Part shown: positions 28,052-39,800 of the stretch, piece by piece
How the letters are laid out: the number at the start of each line of letters is the position of its first letter
Position numbering within the stretch: position 1 is the stretch's first letter
Source: the human T2T-CHM13v2.0 reference genome, Homo sapiens
DNA: 64,000 nucleotides
Strand: one strand, 5' to 3'
NCBI RefSeq assembly: GCF_009914755.1
Contig: NC_060927.1
Position numbers and translations under genes: made by a program
Notes under the pieces: generated by a model
Told to the model about the DNA's origin: nothing
Seen by the model: only the letters and a program-made list of their open reading frames with translations
The model's database searches: none

Positions 28052-28180
28052 GTTATAGTCAATACTCAGCTAATCTCCTGTTCATAGTGAGCTCAGTCTC
28101 AAAGAAGAGAGATATAGTTTTGTTATAGTCAAAAGTCAGCTAATTTCCTGGTCATAGTGAACTCAATCTCAAAGAAAGAG
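28052..28180 (+). repeat. Local tandem duplication, 70-bp period
   Basis: gttatagtcaatactcagctaatctcctgttcatagtgagctcagtctcaaagaa (28052) vs gttatagtcaaaagtcagctaatttcctggtcatagtgaactcaatctcaaagaa (28122). Confidence 0.9.
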
Positions 28181-29589
28181 AAGGAAAGAGGAGAGGAGGA
28201 GATCTGTGTGTCCATTTGGAATGCTCTTTGCTGCAAGTAGCAGGAACAACAAGAAAAAGACTAACTTATCTTAAATAAATAAAAAACATTTCTTCTCCCA
28301 TAATAAATCTCAGAGGCAGTGCTTCTGACTTTCCCTTGATCTCCCCCTTGTTGCCATAATACAGCTGCCCAGGTTCCAGACCTCACGTTTGTGTTCAAGG
28401 CAGGAGAAAGGGGCAAAGGCATGATACCGGTTTTCTCTGTTCCTTTAATCACGAAAGTAAAAGCTTTTTCGGCTGTCCCCAGCAAATAATTTCTTCCGTC
28501 TCACTGGTCCCTGTCACAGCTGAAGGGCAGCTGGAAAAGTGAGTTTGGCCCATCTCAGAGTAGGCGAGGGAGGGAGGAAGGAATCCATCTGAGGTTAGTC
28601 AGCAGTGTCTGCCTCATTCTGCTTCCAAATGTAACCAGAAAGACTCAAAATCTGCACCTAGATATTTTCTTGTTTCCGTATGTTAAGATGTAGCTGATAC
28701 TGCCTTTGTTTTGTCTTCTTACTGAAGTAAAACAAACATGGAGAAAAGTACATATAATGTATAGCTTGCTGAATTTTCACAAAGTAAACACACCCATGAA
28801 ATAGCACCCAGTTTAAGAAACAGGACATTCCAAGCTCCAAACTTCCCCAGAAGGCCCCTTACATCCTCCTCTAGGAGGTAGCCACCTTTATTACTTCCAC
28901 AGCATAGATCAGTTTCATCTTTTGTTCTCTCTGCAGTTTTGAGTAATAGAGGCTTGGCAACCTTTATTGTGTTTTAGGTATGTTTTGTATCGGTATGGCA
29001 ATTTTAGATGGTAGATGTTAAAAGGACATATATGAAATGTGAGAAATATTGTGGGCTAGATCCTAAAACACCAAATGATCTGCCTGGTCAGTACCATTGT
29101 AAGTGAGAAATAATTCATCTGCACATTCACGTTTGTACTAACCATGTGCCCCCAGGTGCTGGTGAAAACCCTTAACTATTGTTAAACAAGTAAGTCCCTG
29201 ATGCCACTCATCCTGGAGAGCATTACACAGTTGCCCATGCAAGAAGCAGCTCAACTGCAAATCAACTTCTCTCTGTACCTCTATGAGGGGCTCGCAGTAG
29301 GAACCGTCATTTATTTTCCCCATCCTGAAATCTTTCTCCATCAGTAGTGTCTCAGGCCTGTCATTGTTTCTCAGTTTTTCCTGCTCTAGAAAGTAATTGT
29401 CCCTCTGTATAAAGTGTCCTCGGAGTCCCCAAAGTGAATTTTATTCAAGCCATGTATACTATATTTTATTTCAGAGAGAACATATGTTCTAAATTTGGTA
29501 AATCAATGAAACTTCAACCAGTTGAAAACTGATGATCATATAAATAACTGACAATTGTGTAAATTTTTTTAAGTAGAAAACGATAGTAA

Positions 29590-29800
29590 CTAGGTATTTA
29601 TTGAGTGCTTTTCATGTGTTAGACTCTGGATTAAGTGTATTACATTTATTATTTCATTTAATTCTCACAACTACTCAATGAGGTAGAGGCTTCCACATCT
29701 TACAGATGAGGAAAGAGAGGTTCAGAGAGGTTTGTGAATTGCCCAGGTTCTCACAGCCAATGAGTGTTGAAGGGCAAACCAGAACCTAAGCTGTCTGTCT
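29590..29800 (-). mobile_element. MIR SINE
   Basis: tatttattgagtgctt ... tcatttaattctcacaac ... ttacagatgaggaaa ... ttgcccagg. Other MIR pieces at about 6775-6880, 12625-12770, 23270-23440 and 38745-38960. Confidence 0.8.
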
Positions 29801-30384
29801 TAGGAAGGCACACTGACATGCTCAGCTGGTAGGAAACCTTACACTGGCCCTCACCATGCAAAGGCCATGAAGTAGAGGACAATATCTTCTGAAGCCAAAA
29901 TGGTTAGGGTCTCCTAGGGCAGTGGCAGACTCGGGTGAAAAGAGTAAGAGGCCAGGAGGATGCTCAGGGGCCTCACCTGGGGCCCAGGTTAGAGTCCAAG
30001 TAAGAGTAAATCTTCCCTGAAACCCACACTTTCACACCCGTGCATAGAGCGGCATGAATGGGGGAGGGGCAGGGGTAGAGTCACTGTCCTTGGGCTGGTA
30101 GGACTCAGCCAGAGTCTCCTACCCTTACTCTGGTCAAAGCTGCCCTGGAGCCACAAGCCCAGCCTGAGGAGCTGTGTTTCATCAAGGCCTTTGAGGAAAT
30201 ACAGGAAAAATGACAAATCCTAGCTGATCCCTCACCTGCCCAAGCATTCCAGTGCTCCAGAGAGAAAGGCCTGTCCAGATCCCCACAGCCAGTTGAGATG
30301 CACAGACCAGTTCTACATATAGCATGTCCAGGCAGGAATCCTGATCACACTGAACACACTGATCGGCCAGATATGTTGAGTGTG

Positions 30385-30780
30385 GTCTTAGGTCGAGTTA
30401 TCTAAAAGCAGACTCTGAGATAAAGATTGGTGTTCAGATGATTTATAAAGGAAGTGCTGCCAGAAAGGTCTGTAAGGAAACAGGGGAGGCAAGACAGGAA
30501 AGGAGAAGAAGCCAAGCAAGGCTGTGGTCAGAGTCCCTTGCGGGGTGGCTTCGGCCTGATCCCACAGGGAGCTCTGGAGTGTGAGTTATGCCTCAGAGTT
30601 GTCTGGACCTGAGACAAAGGAGATGGCATTTCATCTCTCTCTATGTGCACCCCTCGGTCATTGACTAAGGACCACTCTCCATGTGGGTGGGCACATAATT
30701 TCCAGGCACTGCTAGCTCTTTGTGCATGTGGACAAAGTGGGTTCCAGTAGACCAAGGGTAATCTTCTAAAACAGAACTGA
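30385..30780 (-). mobile_element. ERVL LTR (LTR16-like)
   Basis: gtcttaggtcgagttatctaaaagcagactctgagataaagatt ... cctgatcccacagggagctctggagtg ... gcctcagagttgtc. Confidence 0.65.
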
Positions 30781-31045
30781 GGACCAGGCATGATGGTGCA
30801 CATCTCTAGCTCCTGTAGTCTAGTCCCAAGCTGAGGCGGGAGCATCACTTGAGTCCAGGAGTTTGAGGTTACGTAATGTATTCATTTCAAAATAGGGAAT
30901 CTAATTTTTAGATGTGCAACAGATAGGGTAACACTAATTTTTAAAAGTTAGGTAGATAGAACCTCAGAAATACCTATTATTGAGTAGCCACTGTATTCCA
31001 GCCTGGACAACAGAGTGAGATCTCATCTCTAATAATTAATTAATT
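30781..31045 (+). mobile_element. Alu right monomer (FRAM/AluJ-like) interrupted by a non-Alu insert
   Basis: ccaggcatgatggtgcaca ... cacttgagtccaggagtttgaggtt [insert] gccactgtattccagcctggacaacagagtgagatctcatctct. Confidence 0.85.
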
Positions 31046-31402
31046 AAAAGAGAGTGAAATAAAAGAATGCACATACTGGCTTATGGAGGTGAACACCAAA
31101 GTGGGGAAGGGGGGTCACAGAATGGTACAGGTGATCTAAGATGTAGGCAGGACACACCCTGCATTCAGCTCCCACCTGCAGCATCCCTCAGAAAATGCTA
31201 AAGTATGACGTTCCACTGGGAATGTTCACACGTGATCCCTCTAGCCAGTAAATCAGGAAGCACCTGAAGATGGGGAGGTAGTGATGATAAGATAATATGT
31301 ATTTCTGAAGTTCTACTTACCTAACTTTAAAAATTAGTGTTAGCCTATCTGTTGCACATCTAAAAATTAGATTCCCTGTTTTGACATGAATGCATTACAT
31401 AA
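30869..31402. repeat. Inverted repeat: 30869-30980 vs 31292-31402, 311-bp spacer
   Basis: Hand alignment gives about 9 substitutions and 1 indel in 112 bp. Confidence 0.93.
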
Positions 31403-31599
31403 TAGCGTTTATAAGAACCGTATGAACTTCTGAGTCTATCACAGGAATAAACTTTGTACAAACTCTGCTCATATCTTTTGACACCTGCACTTAGTCACAG
31501 GTGGCCATGTACTGCTCTTGAGAGATGCATATCCTGAGATGCATTAAGGATTGGATCCTAGAAAAATAGGATTAATTGTTAACAATAAAATATACGAAT

Positions 31600-31800
31600 A
31601 AATTTTATAACAGCTTTATTGAGGTATAATTCACATACCATATAATTTCCCCATTTAAAGTGTACAATTCAGTAATTTTTAATATATTCACAAAGTTTTG
31701 CAATGATTCCCACAATCAATTTTACAATATTTCCATCACTCCCAAAAGAAACCTCATACCCACTGACAGTCATTCCTCATCTTCCTCTATATCCCCAGCC
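31600..31800 (-). mobile_element. L1MB-like 3' end
   Basis: acagctttattgaggtataattcacatacc ... ccatttaaagtgtacaattcagt ... ttccatcactcccaaaagaaacctcataccc. Confidence 0.8.
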
Positions 31801-33165
31801 CAAAGTAAAAAGTAGATAGGGCTGGGAGACAATCCCTCTTGCTCCTCATTTCAGGAACCATCCAGAAAGCCTTATGGAAAAGAATAGCTCTGGGAAGTCC
31901 CCCATTCTCCACATTTGCTTGACAGAGTCACAGCTTTGGAGTGCCTTTGTGATTGCCAGGCTCAGTGACTGGCAAATCAAGAGAAAGAAAGAAAGGGAAA
32001 GCCTGTGTCAATTCAATACAGCTGAGCTAATGAATCTGGTCCCTTGTCCCAGACTAAGAGAAATGTGAGCATTTGCATGTCCTGCTATGTAGAGAGCAGG
32101 AGCCACCTCTGGCACATGAGGCAGGGGTGTGGCCTGGTTTCTTCCTGAACACCAAGGGGATGAGGGCTTGATCCCCAAATTCAGACTCGGGGGAAACAGG
32201 GCACTCCTTACACAGGAAGCTGGCAGTGCTGGCAGTACTGGTTGAACCAAGTTATAAATTTCCATAAAAGCCTCCTTACCTTTTGGGAGAAGAAAAAGGA
32301 AAGGAACACCCAAGCCTATTAGAAAATCCTTTGGAAATATAAATTGACAATACTACTAAGGGGTTTATTCCTGACCAAACATTTTTTTATCTTTCCAACT
32401 GAGGGAAGAAGTCCAGAAAAAGTTACCCATGAGACTCAAGGTTATTCAGTCAATTAAATGTAATATCCTCTGTATAATTTTGCTGTATAAATATCTTGGC
32501 TAGAGTGAAGCATCACTGGGTTGGATGCATTAAGTAAATACTTAATTGAAGACCTTTTCCACTGAAATATAAGAATAAGGCAGTGAAAAGAATACATATT
32601 CTGAACATCACATCGGCCCCATTAGGAAGGCTCTGTGATCACATTATTATGTGCTTTGTCTTCAAACAGAGACTTCCCTGTCTTTTTCACCCATAAGCAG
32701 AAAAAGTCCTCTCCATGCTCATTATCAGGCTTGCGGAGCCCATTCTCTCTGATGTGCCTCCCTCCCTCACTTTGGAGCTCCACTTCCTTGAGATCTGTCA
32801 TTGTCACCTTTATTATAATGGTCCTTACAATCCCACAGCTAGTGACACCCAGGGGAGGAGTATTCTGATGAGGAGGGTGGGGGTCCCTGGGAGATGTCTG
32901 CGATGGAAGTTTCCACAGAGGCTACACTGAAAACTTGCAGAGAGAACGGAGAACTGATAGGGAGACGGGCATTAGGCCACCCAGTTTTACTCCTCTGGTC
33001 TCATGCAAGAAAAAGTAAGGCTTTGGAAAGTATTTGGAAAAGTTGATCTCACAGTTTATTCCATTTGCAACAGGCAGGAATATTTTCTTCCCAGGTAATG
33101 CAAGCAGAGGCTGGTACACACAAAGGCAGTTGAGTAAACAGGTAGAGGTAGCAAGCTTTCTTTCT

Positions 33166-33460
33166 TTTCTCTTTTTTCTTTTTTTTTTTTTTTTGAGACG
33201 GGGTTTTGCTCTTGTTGTCCAGCCTGGAGTGCAATGGCACGATCTAGGCTCACTGTAATCTCTGCCTCCTGGGTTCAAGCAATTCTCCTGCCTCAGCCCC
33301 CTGAGTAGCTGGGATTACAGGCATGCACCACCACACCAGACTAATTTTGTATTTTTAGTAGAGACAGGGTTTCGCCATGTTGGTCAGGGCTGTTCTCAAA
33401 TTCCTGATCTCAGGTGATCAACCCATCTCAGCCTTCCAAAGCGCTGGGATTACAGTTGTA
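33166..33460 (-). mobile_element. Alu (AluS-like), slightly 5'-truncated
   Basis: Antisense Alu; TSD agcaagctttctttct (33150-33165) / agcatgctttctttct (33461-33476). Confidence 0.92.
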
Positions 33461-34133
33461 AGCATGCTTTCTTTCTATCACATATGGGCAGAAGGAGCTT
33501 AAAACACCCATAAGAGGAAGGAATTATGGCTGGTTTCTTTGTCTCATGCTCAGTAGGGCCTCTGAGTCAATGATAAGACAGTATCAAGCAGGACAATAGA
33601 ATATGATGGGCTTCTTTCCTTCTTTCTAAGAAGAAACTATGTGTCTGTGAATGCTACTCAACTAGAAAAAAGTCAAAGATCAGTGAGTATGGTTCACCCA
33701 CATTTGGGGGTAGAATTGGCCCGAGATATCATTAAAAGGTATCAGAAGCACAAAAACAATATTTTTAAAAACCACAGCTAAGGGATGGCCAAACAGGCAG
33801 CAATAAATCAGAAGAGGTTTAATCCTTTCAGTTTGTCTGCTTTGGCCAAAACAACTGAATTTAATCAAGTTCATGCACACATGTGATTTGTGCAACAGTT
33901 TATGATACTCTAGAGATGAATAAAAGTCATGGTTGTCTATCTATCTATCATCTATTTATGTTTTCTATCATCTATCTAAATATCTATTGATATTTTTTCT
34001 CACTAAGAGTAAACAACTATCAATTTAAACTGTTCATAGCAGTGTGATAAGTTGCAAAAGTCAGATTTTAAAAATCATTAGGGCCCTCTCAATCTTCTTC
34101 ATTGGTTTTTGAGCTTGCAATTAAAAATATGCT

Positions 34134-34427
34134 GGCTGGACATGGTGGCTCATGCCTGAAATTCCAGCACTTTGGAAGGCCAAGGCAAAATAATTGCTTA
34201 AGCCTAGGAGTTCGAGACCAGCCTGGGCAATGTGGCGAGATCCTGCCTCTACAAAAAATAAAATAAAATAAATAGCCAGGCGTGGTGGCATGCTCCTGTG
34301 GTCCCAGCTGCTTGGGAGATTGAGGCAGGAGGATTGCTTGAGCCCAGGAGGTCAAGCTATGTTTGTGCCACTGCACTCCAGCCTGGACAACAGAGCAACA
34401 CTCTTTCTCAGAAAAAAAAAAAAAAAA
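34134..34427 (+). mobile_element. Full-length Alu (AluJ-like)
   Basis: ggctggacatggtggctcatgcctg ... ggattgcttgagcccaggaggtcaag ... A-tail. Confidence 0.92.
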
Positions 34428-35061
34428 GCTGCAACTGCAATTTTAGGAGAGATTGGATCCATTACCATATGAAAATGGCACACAAATTGCCCTGCCCTTT
34501 TCTGCAGAATGAAAGAAAAAATGAAGAGCTAAGGGAAAGGAAGAAAATGTACACTTTCAGGAAAGATAAGATATAGGCTCATAAAATAAAAACATACAGA
34601 AGAGGCTATTCCAGATAGAGAGATGCTATAGCAGGAAACTCTTCTGCTAATAAGGGTAGCAAAGGCCAGGTCAAGAGGAAAGCCAAGAGATTCATAATCA
34701 TTTGCAAAAGGAAATAGGTTAGGGCAGTGAAATACAACATCTTGCTCAAAGTAATCCAAGGGCAGTCTTCACAGTAGTGGGTGATTCTGGGAGAGATTAT
34801 AGAGAAAAAAAAATCACAATGAAGATAAAAGTTGGTGAACATCTTCTAAGATAAGTTCCAAATAGATTAAAGATATAAATGTAAAAATAAAAATTAAAAG
34901 TGTTATTAGAAAATATGGAATTATTCTTCTGTAACTTGGAATAAGAAAAGCATTTCTAACTATAACTCAAAATACAGAAGATACAAAAGAAAAGATTGAT
35001 TAATTTGCCTAGGTAAAAATAAAATATCCTGAATGACAAAAAGAAAAAAGGGAAAAAAAAA

Positions 35062-35127
35062 GGATGAGGAAGAGGAAGAGAAGAAAGAAGAGGAGGAGGA
35101 GGAGGAGGAGGAGGAGGAGGAGGAGGA
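35062..35127 (+). repeat. (GGA)n purine-rich trinucleotide repeat
   Basis: About 12 uninterrupted GGA units at 35090-35127 within a purine tract. Confidence 0.95.
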
Positions 35128-35398
35128 AACCAAAAAAAAAAACCCCATAAAAACACCATAAACAAAGACAAACAACAAACTGAAAAAATATTTGTATCAC
35201 AAAGACTGAATCTTCCTACTATAGAGATTTTGTAGAAATTGAAGAGATCAACAGGCAAAATATATACCCATCAGTTTGCAGAAATAGAAAGAAAAATATT
35301 CAGATGCATGAAAATATGCCCAACCTCATCCAAAAGAGAAATACACAAATTACACTGAGATGTCATTTATAAAATTCCAAAAGTTTGATGACAAACTA

Positions 35399-35850
35399 AT
35401 TAGACTGGGTTCTTCCAAGTATTTTGTCTAAATAGTTAATTTGGGAGATGATTTTGGACCTAACACCAGCAGGGAAGTGAGGAGGAGAGAGAGAGAAGTC
35501 CAGAAGGATGTGTTATCAGGATGTGTTCCATTTAACACTATGGAGACCTGGAGCTCAGATGGGGAAATGTGGGAGACGTTGTAGAACACACTTTAGTGTT
35601 ATCCCCTCTAGGAATGACAAAGCAGGGGTATTTATCCACCTACTCCCCTATCTATCATTGCTTGATGGCTGCTTGTGGAAAATTAACTCTCAGGCACTTC
35701 TGCCCTATCCCCACACTCACGTACAGGTCAAACCTCCCTCCTAAAGCCAAAAAAAAAAAAAAAAAAAAAAAAAGCCCTGGGGCAGAGGGTTGCAGCTGTA
35801 GTATAGAGATGACTTGTCTACAGGGTGTGGGTGGGGCATAGCCATATCTT
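35399..35850 (-). mobile_element. ERVL LTR (LTR16C-like)
   Basis: ttagactgggttc ... atttgggagatgat ... tgtgttatcagg ... tgtagaacacac ... gttatccc ... ggggtatttatccacctactccc. Confidence 0.65.
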
Positions 35851-36808
35851 CCACACACCCTCCATTGATGAAACTGCCAGAGAATAAGCATTCTCATACG
35901 TTGCTGGTGAGAATGGAAATTGTTACAAAACTTATGATCATTGGGAGTGCCTATTAGATACTGGCAATTTGACAATGTCATACTGATTCTTCTCTCCTGG
36001 TGCATATATTTTTTGAGTCAGCAGTACCACTTCCGGGAATTGATCCTACAGTTAAGATTTGCACATGTAGCAAATGACACATGTGCAAAATTGTTATGCA
36101 GCACTGTTTGTAATGACAAATGCTTAGAAACAATCTAATGTCCATTAATGGGGAGAGGTTAGTTAAATAAACTAAGGTACCAAGGAATGCTATGCAGTTA
36201 TAAAAACAAATGAGGCGGAACTCTGAGTACTGGTGTGGCCAGATTTCCAAGATAATGTAAGTGACAAAAATAAAGTGCAAGAAAATTATACTATCTTTTG
36301 TATTTTAAAAAGAGAGGGAAAGTAATACAAATTCATATTTTCATAGAGAAGTGGACAGGATACAGAATAAATTAATGATAGCATTAATGTAAGAGTGGTG
36401 GTGGTGGTGGGAAATGGTAGACAGGGTGAAATTATATATAGAAATATATATTTCTGAATAAATACCTGGAGGATTTTCCAAAGCAAGGACCAGGTTGCCA
36501 CTTCATGGAGCTGGTGACTTATGGCCTTTCCACAAACCCATATCTGAGTGTAAAAACAGAAGGCTGAGCACATAGAGTGGTTTAGAAATTATTTTAATAA
36601 TAAAATGGACATTCTGTAAGAATGTGATACTCGGTTCTATTGGAGACCATGGAAATTTTTATTTCTAGTGGCTGGAGATGGATATTATAGCTAAACAAAA
36701 TAATTTTACTACAAAACATATATGTTACAAAAAGAAAGAAAGAGGAAGGCTATATAACCCAATCAAGCTGAGCTAATGAATCTGGCCTGGTATACCAGTC
36801 CAAGAGAG

Positions 36809-36856
36809 ATACACACACAGACACACACACAGACACACACACACACACACACACAC
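36809..36856 (+). repeat. Interrupted (CA)n microsatellite
   Basis: acacacacagacacacacacagacacacacacacacacacacacac. Confidence 0.95.
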
Positions 36857-39800
36857 GTGAATGCATTATTTAATTTGAAAATTAAATTTAGAAATACTGA
36901 TGGATATCTGTTGGCATGGAATTATGGGGCACTTTTTCATTCTATCTCATACATTTTTATTTATTTGAATGCTTTACATGATGCATGTATTATTTTGAAA
37001 TCTGGAAAAATAGTAGAGATATAATGACTAAATACAAACTAGGGAGACAGACAATAGTAGAAAATAATCAAAATAGAAGATTTATCAAACCAGGTGTTGA
37101 GTTGCAAGGAATAGAATTGACTCTGACTGATTAAAGCAGAAAAGAAATGTATTGGAAGGATATTGGATAGTTTACAGAATCACCAGAAAGGATAGAAGCA
37201 GTGGGCTTGAAATGCAAGCAGCAACCCAACGGGGCTAGGTAGCAATAACTACAGAACCAACTGATGAGTCGCCATCGTACCCACTGGCCCTGGTTCCCTC
37301 TGAGTCCCTTAGAGGAACAGGATGTCAGACCGGAAGTGTCAACGGAGGCACCAAAATATGACAGTTTTAGATGTCGGAATGAAATGCAAGGTAGATTACC
37401 AGGTAGAAAGGTCAAAGCAAATGACCCAGAACTGGGAACAGTGAGCAAATTAAAGGGATGAGAGACTAAGATTGGGGAACAATCCTTGAAGAGAACCTTA
37501 GAAGGGCTTAGTGTAGTCCCACCATGCTCAAGGGAGAGGGAGTCAGAAGGGTTTGTAGGGGAGCTGCCGATGAACCCATAAAAATGCCCACCTTTAGACA
37601 CTGGCTGGACCCAAAGAGCAAAAGCCAGTTTATGACCGTAACCAGTTTGTTTAGAAATGTTGCATTCCTCTTACCTTTCCACATGGCCCCATTCCCAAAG
37701 GGAACCAAAACTGCAGCTAGCCAGTGGGGAGGATGTGATGGTGAGAGGAAGAAGACAGCTCAGCCTCTTCACAGCCCTAGCTGGGAGAGGGAGAATTTTT
37801 ACCTTTGACTAAAAGATAAAAGTGTGGATTAATATACTGGGACTGTGTTTTGCAACCCAGTAACCATAGAACTTACTTGTGACAAAATATGAGAAAGTCA
37901 CTCAGAAACACTCTCATGAAGGAGGCTTAAAAGAGTGGACAAAAATAAAGTTGCTTTCAAGATCACCCATCACAATTCCAGTAAAGTGACAGCCACACAG
38001 AAACAGAACATTACTGATGCAGTCACTGAAATAATTAAAGTTGCCTCAGCTTCTTGGTGTCATCTGTTCCCAAACAGAACCACCTGATTGGCAGAGGGGG
38101 GACTTCATGCTCCAGCTGCCATGGCTCATGTGGCCACAATACTCTACCTGGGGAATTCCCCAAGCTTAGGAAAAGGGTTCACAGGCAAAAACTGACCCAT
38201 GTGCACTATAATGCAAGGCTTTGCATTCACTTCTGATGGGTACTGTACTCTGCTAAATGCAGGGCGCAGGGGTATACAGGAGACAGAAGAGAGGACTTCA
38301 AGAAGGGTAACACAGACTCTGCTCTCAATGAAGCAGCATTTCCCTACACTCCAACATAAAAGTATTTCTCTTTTATCTAGAACCTTAGAGCTCAAACAAC
38401 TCTTTCATGTCTATTTCATTTGCTCTTGAACACAATGCAGTGAGATAACTCTCCAGTGTCCCATGGGGTGACAAGCACATAGTTGGTATTCAGTAAATAT
38501 TTGTTGAATGAATGAACAAGTAAAGGAATGAATGGGTGAGGAAGAATTAAATCCAGTGAAGTACATGCTTCACAGTTGGTCAGCAGAGTTCAGTACTGTC
38601 CAGTGGAACTCACAATGATAAGATATTCTTTGTTTGTGCTGTGCAACATAGTAGCTGCATATGGCTACTGAGTGCTTAAAATATGGAGTTTAATTTAAAT
38701 TTTAATAGCTACATGTGGCTAATGGCTATTGAACTGAACAGCACAGGTCCAGAGTTCAAATCCCAGCTCTGTGTTTATTTAGCTTATAACTTGAGCAAAC
38801 TTCATAATTTATCTAAGTCTCATTTCCAAAATGTAAAATGGAGAAAACAATGTTTCCCTACCTCATTAGTTGTGATGGTTAAAAGAGGCCTTATATATGA
38901 GGAGTGAAGTTCACTGGGTCATGAAGTGCAAAGCTCTTACTTGGTGGTAGGTCACTAAATGGAAGCCACCAATGGGATTATTGTGACTTACTAGCACTGC
39001 TGTTACTACTACTACAGCCGTGATGCCAAGACGCAGAGAGAAGCTAAAGAGCCTGTTCAGGTCACACGGTTAATGCATATCAGAATGGGATTTGCATCTT
39101 CTGTATTCATTATAGCAGTGGCTTTCTAACTATCCAGTTAAACAAGGCTCCAAGACCCCATTACAAGCCCTAAGCGGTGTTCATGCACTGAAAAATGAGT
39201 CTTCCACATTTATTTGCAAATAGTATTCAAATTCAGATGCCACTGAAATTAATAAAACATATTTGTTTAAAATCAATACTGAATTTGTAGCTTTTTGTCA
39301 TTATATAGATTCTCAACAAACAGCTATTAAAAGTACAAACATTATTGAGGTCCTCAGAATCCTTTGACATTGAAAAGGCATACTTTTCTCTTTGTTAATT
39401 ACTCCTTATTAAAATAGTGTGTGTGTATGTGTATATCAAGAGAAAATGGTGATGCAAGAAACTCCACAAACCTGTATATATTTTAGGAATATTTGCTAGA
39501 AAAGTGAATGGCAGTTTTTACCAAAGGGAGTTTATTGAAAGTCAGTTAATAGGAAAGATCAAGGTGTAATTCCCTAAAGGATTCTTCAATAATCAGTAAC
39601 TATAATAAATCAAGCTCTGGGTTTAGTTTTTAAAAAATGAATTGCACAAATTTGGAATAGGTAAAAATAATGCTTTAAAGCTAATTATGGGAAAGATTTG
39701 AGAGTTTTAGAATAGTGGTCCTGAATGGAGTGACTATAACCCAGAAGGCACATGAGGATCCACTGGAATGAGGAAATAATGACTACAACCACTATACTTA

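Larger units (their letters stand above)
34830..36420 (+). mobile_element. Fragmented old L1 (L1M/L1ME), interrupted by (GGA)n and an LTR16-like LTR
   Basis: aaatagattaaagatataaatgtaaaa, gcatttctaactataactcaaaat, tattcagatgcatgaaaatatgcc, ctcatacgttgctggtgagaat, gcagcactgtttgtaat, aatgtccattaatgggg. Confidence 0.65.

Noticed and set aside
34956-35258. Poly-Pro/Ser/Leu ORFs
   Set aside because: Three frames of the (GGA)n microsatellite.
14930-37970. Two diverged LTR-like stretches (about 14930-15740 and 37320-37970), possibly MamGypLTR
   Set aside because: Resemblance too weak to assign a family or boundaries without Dfam.
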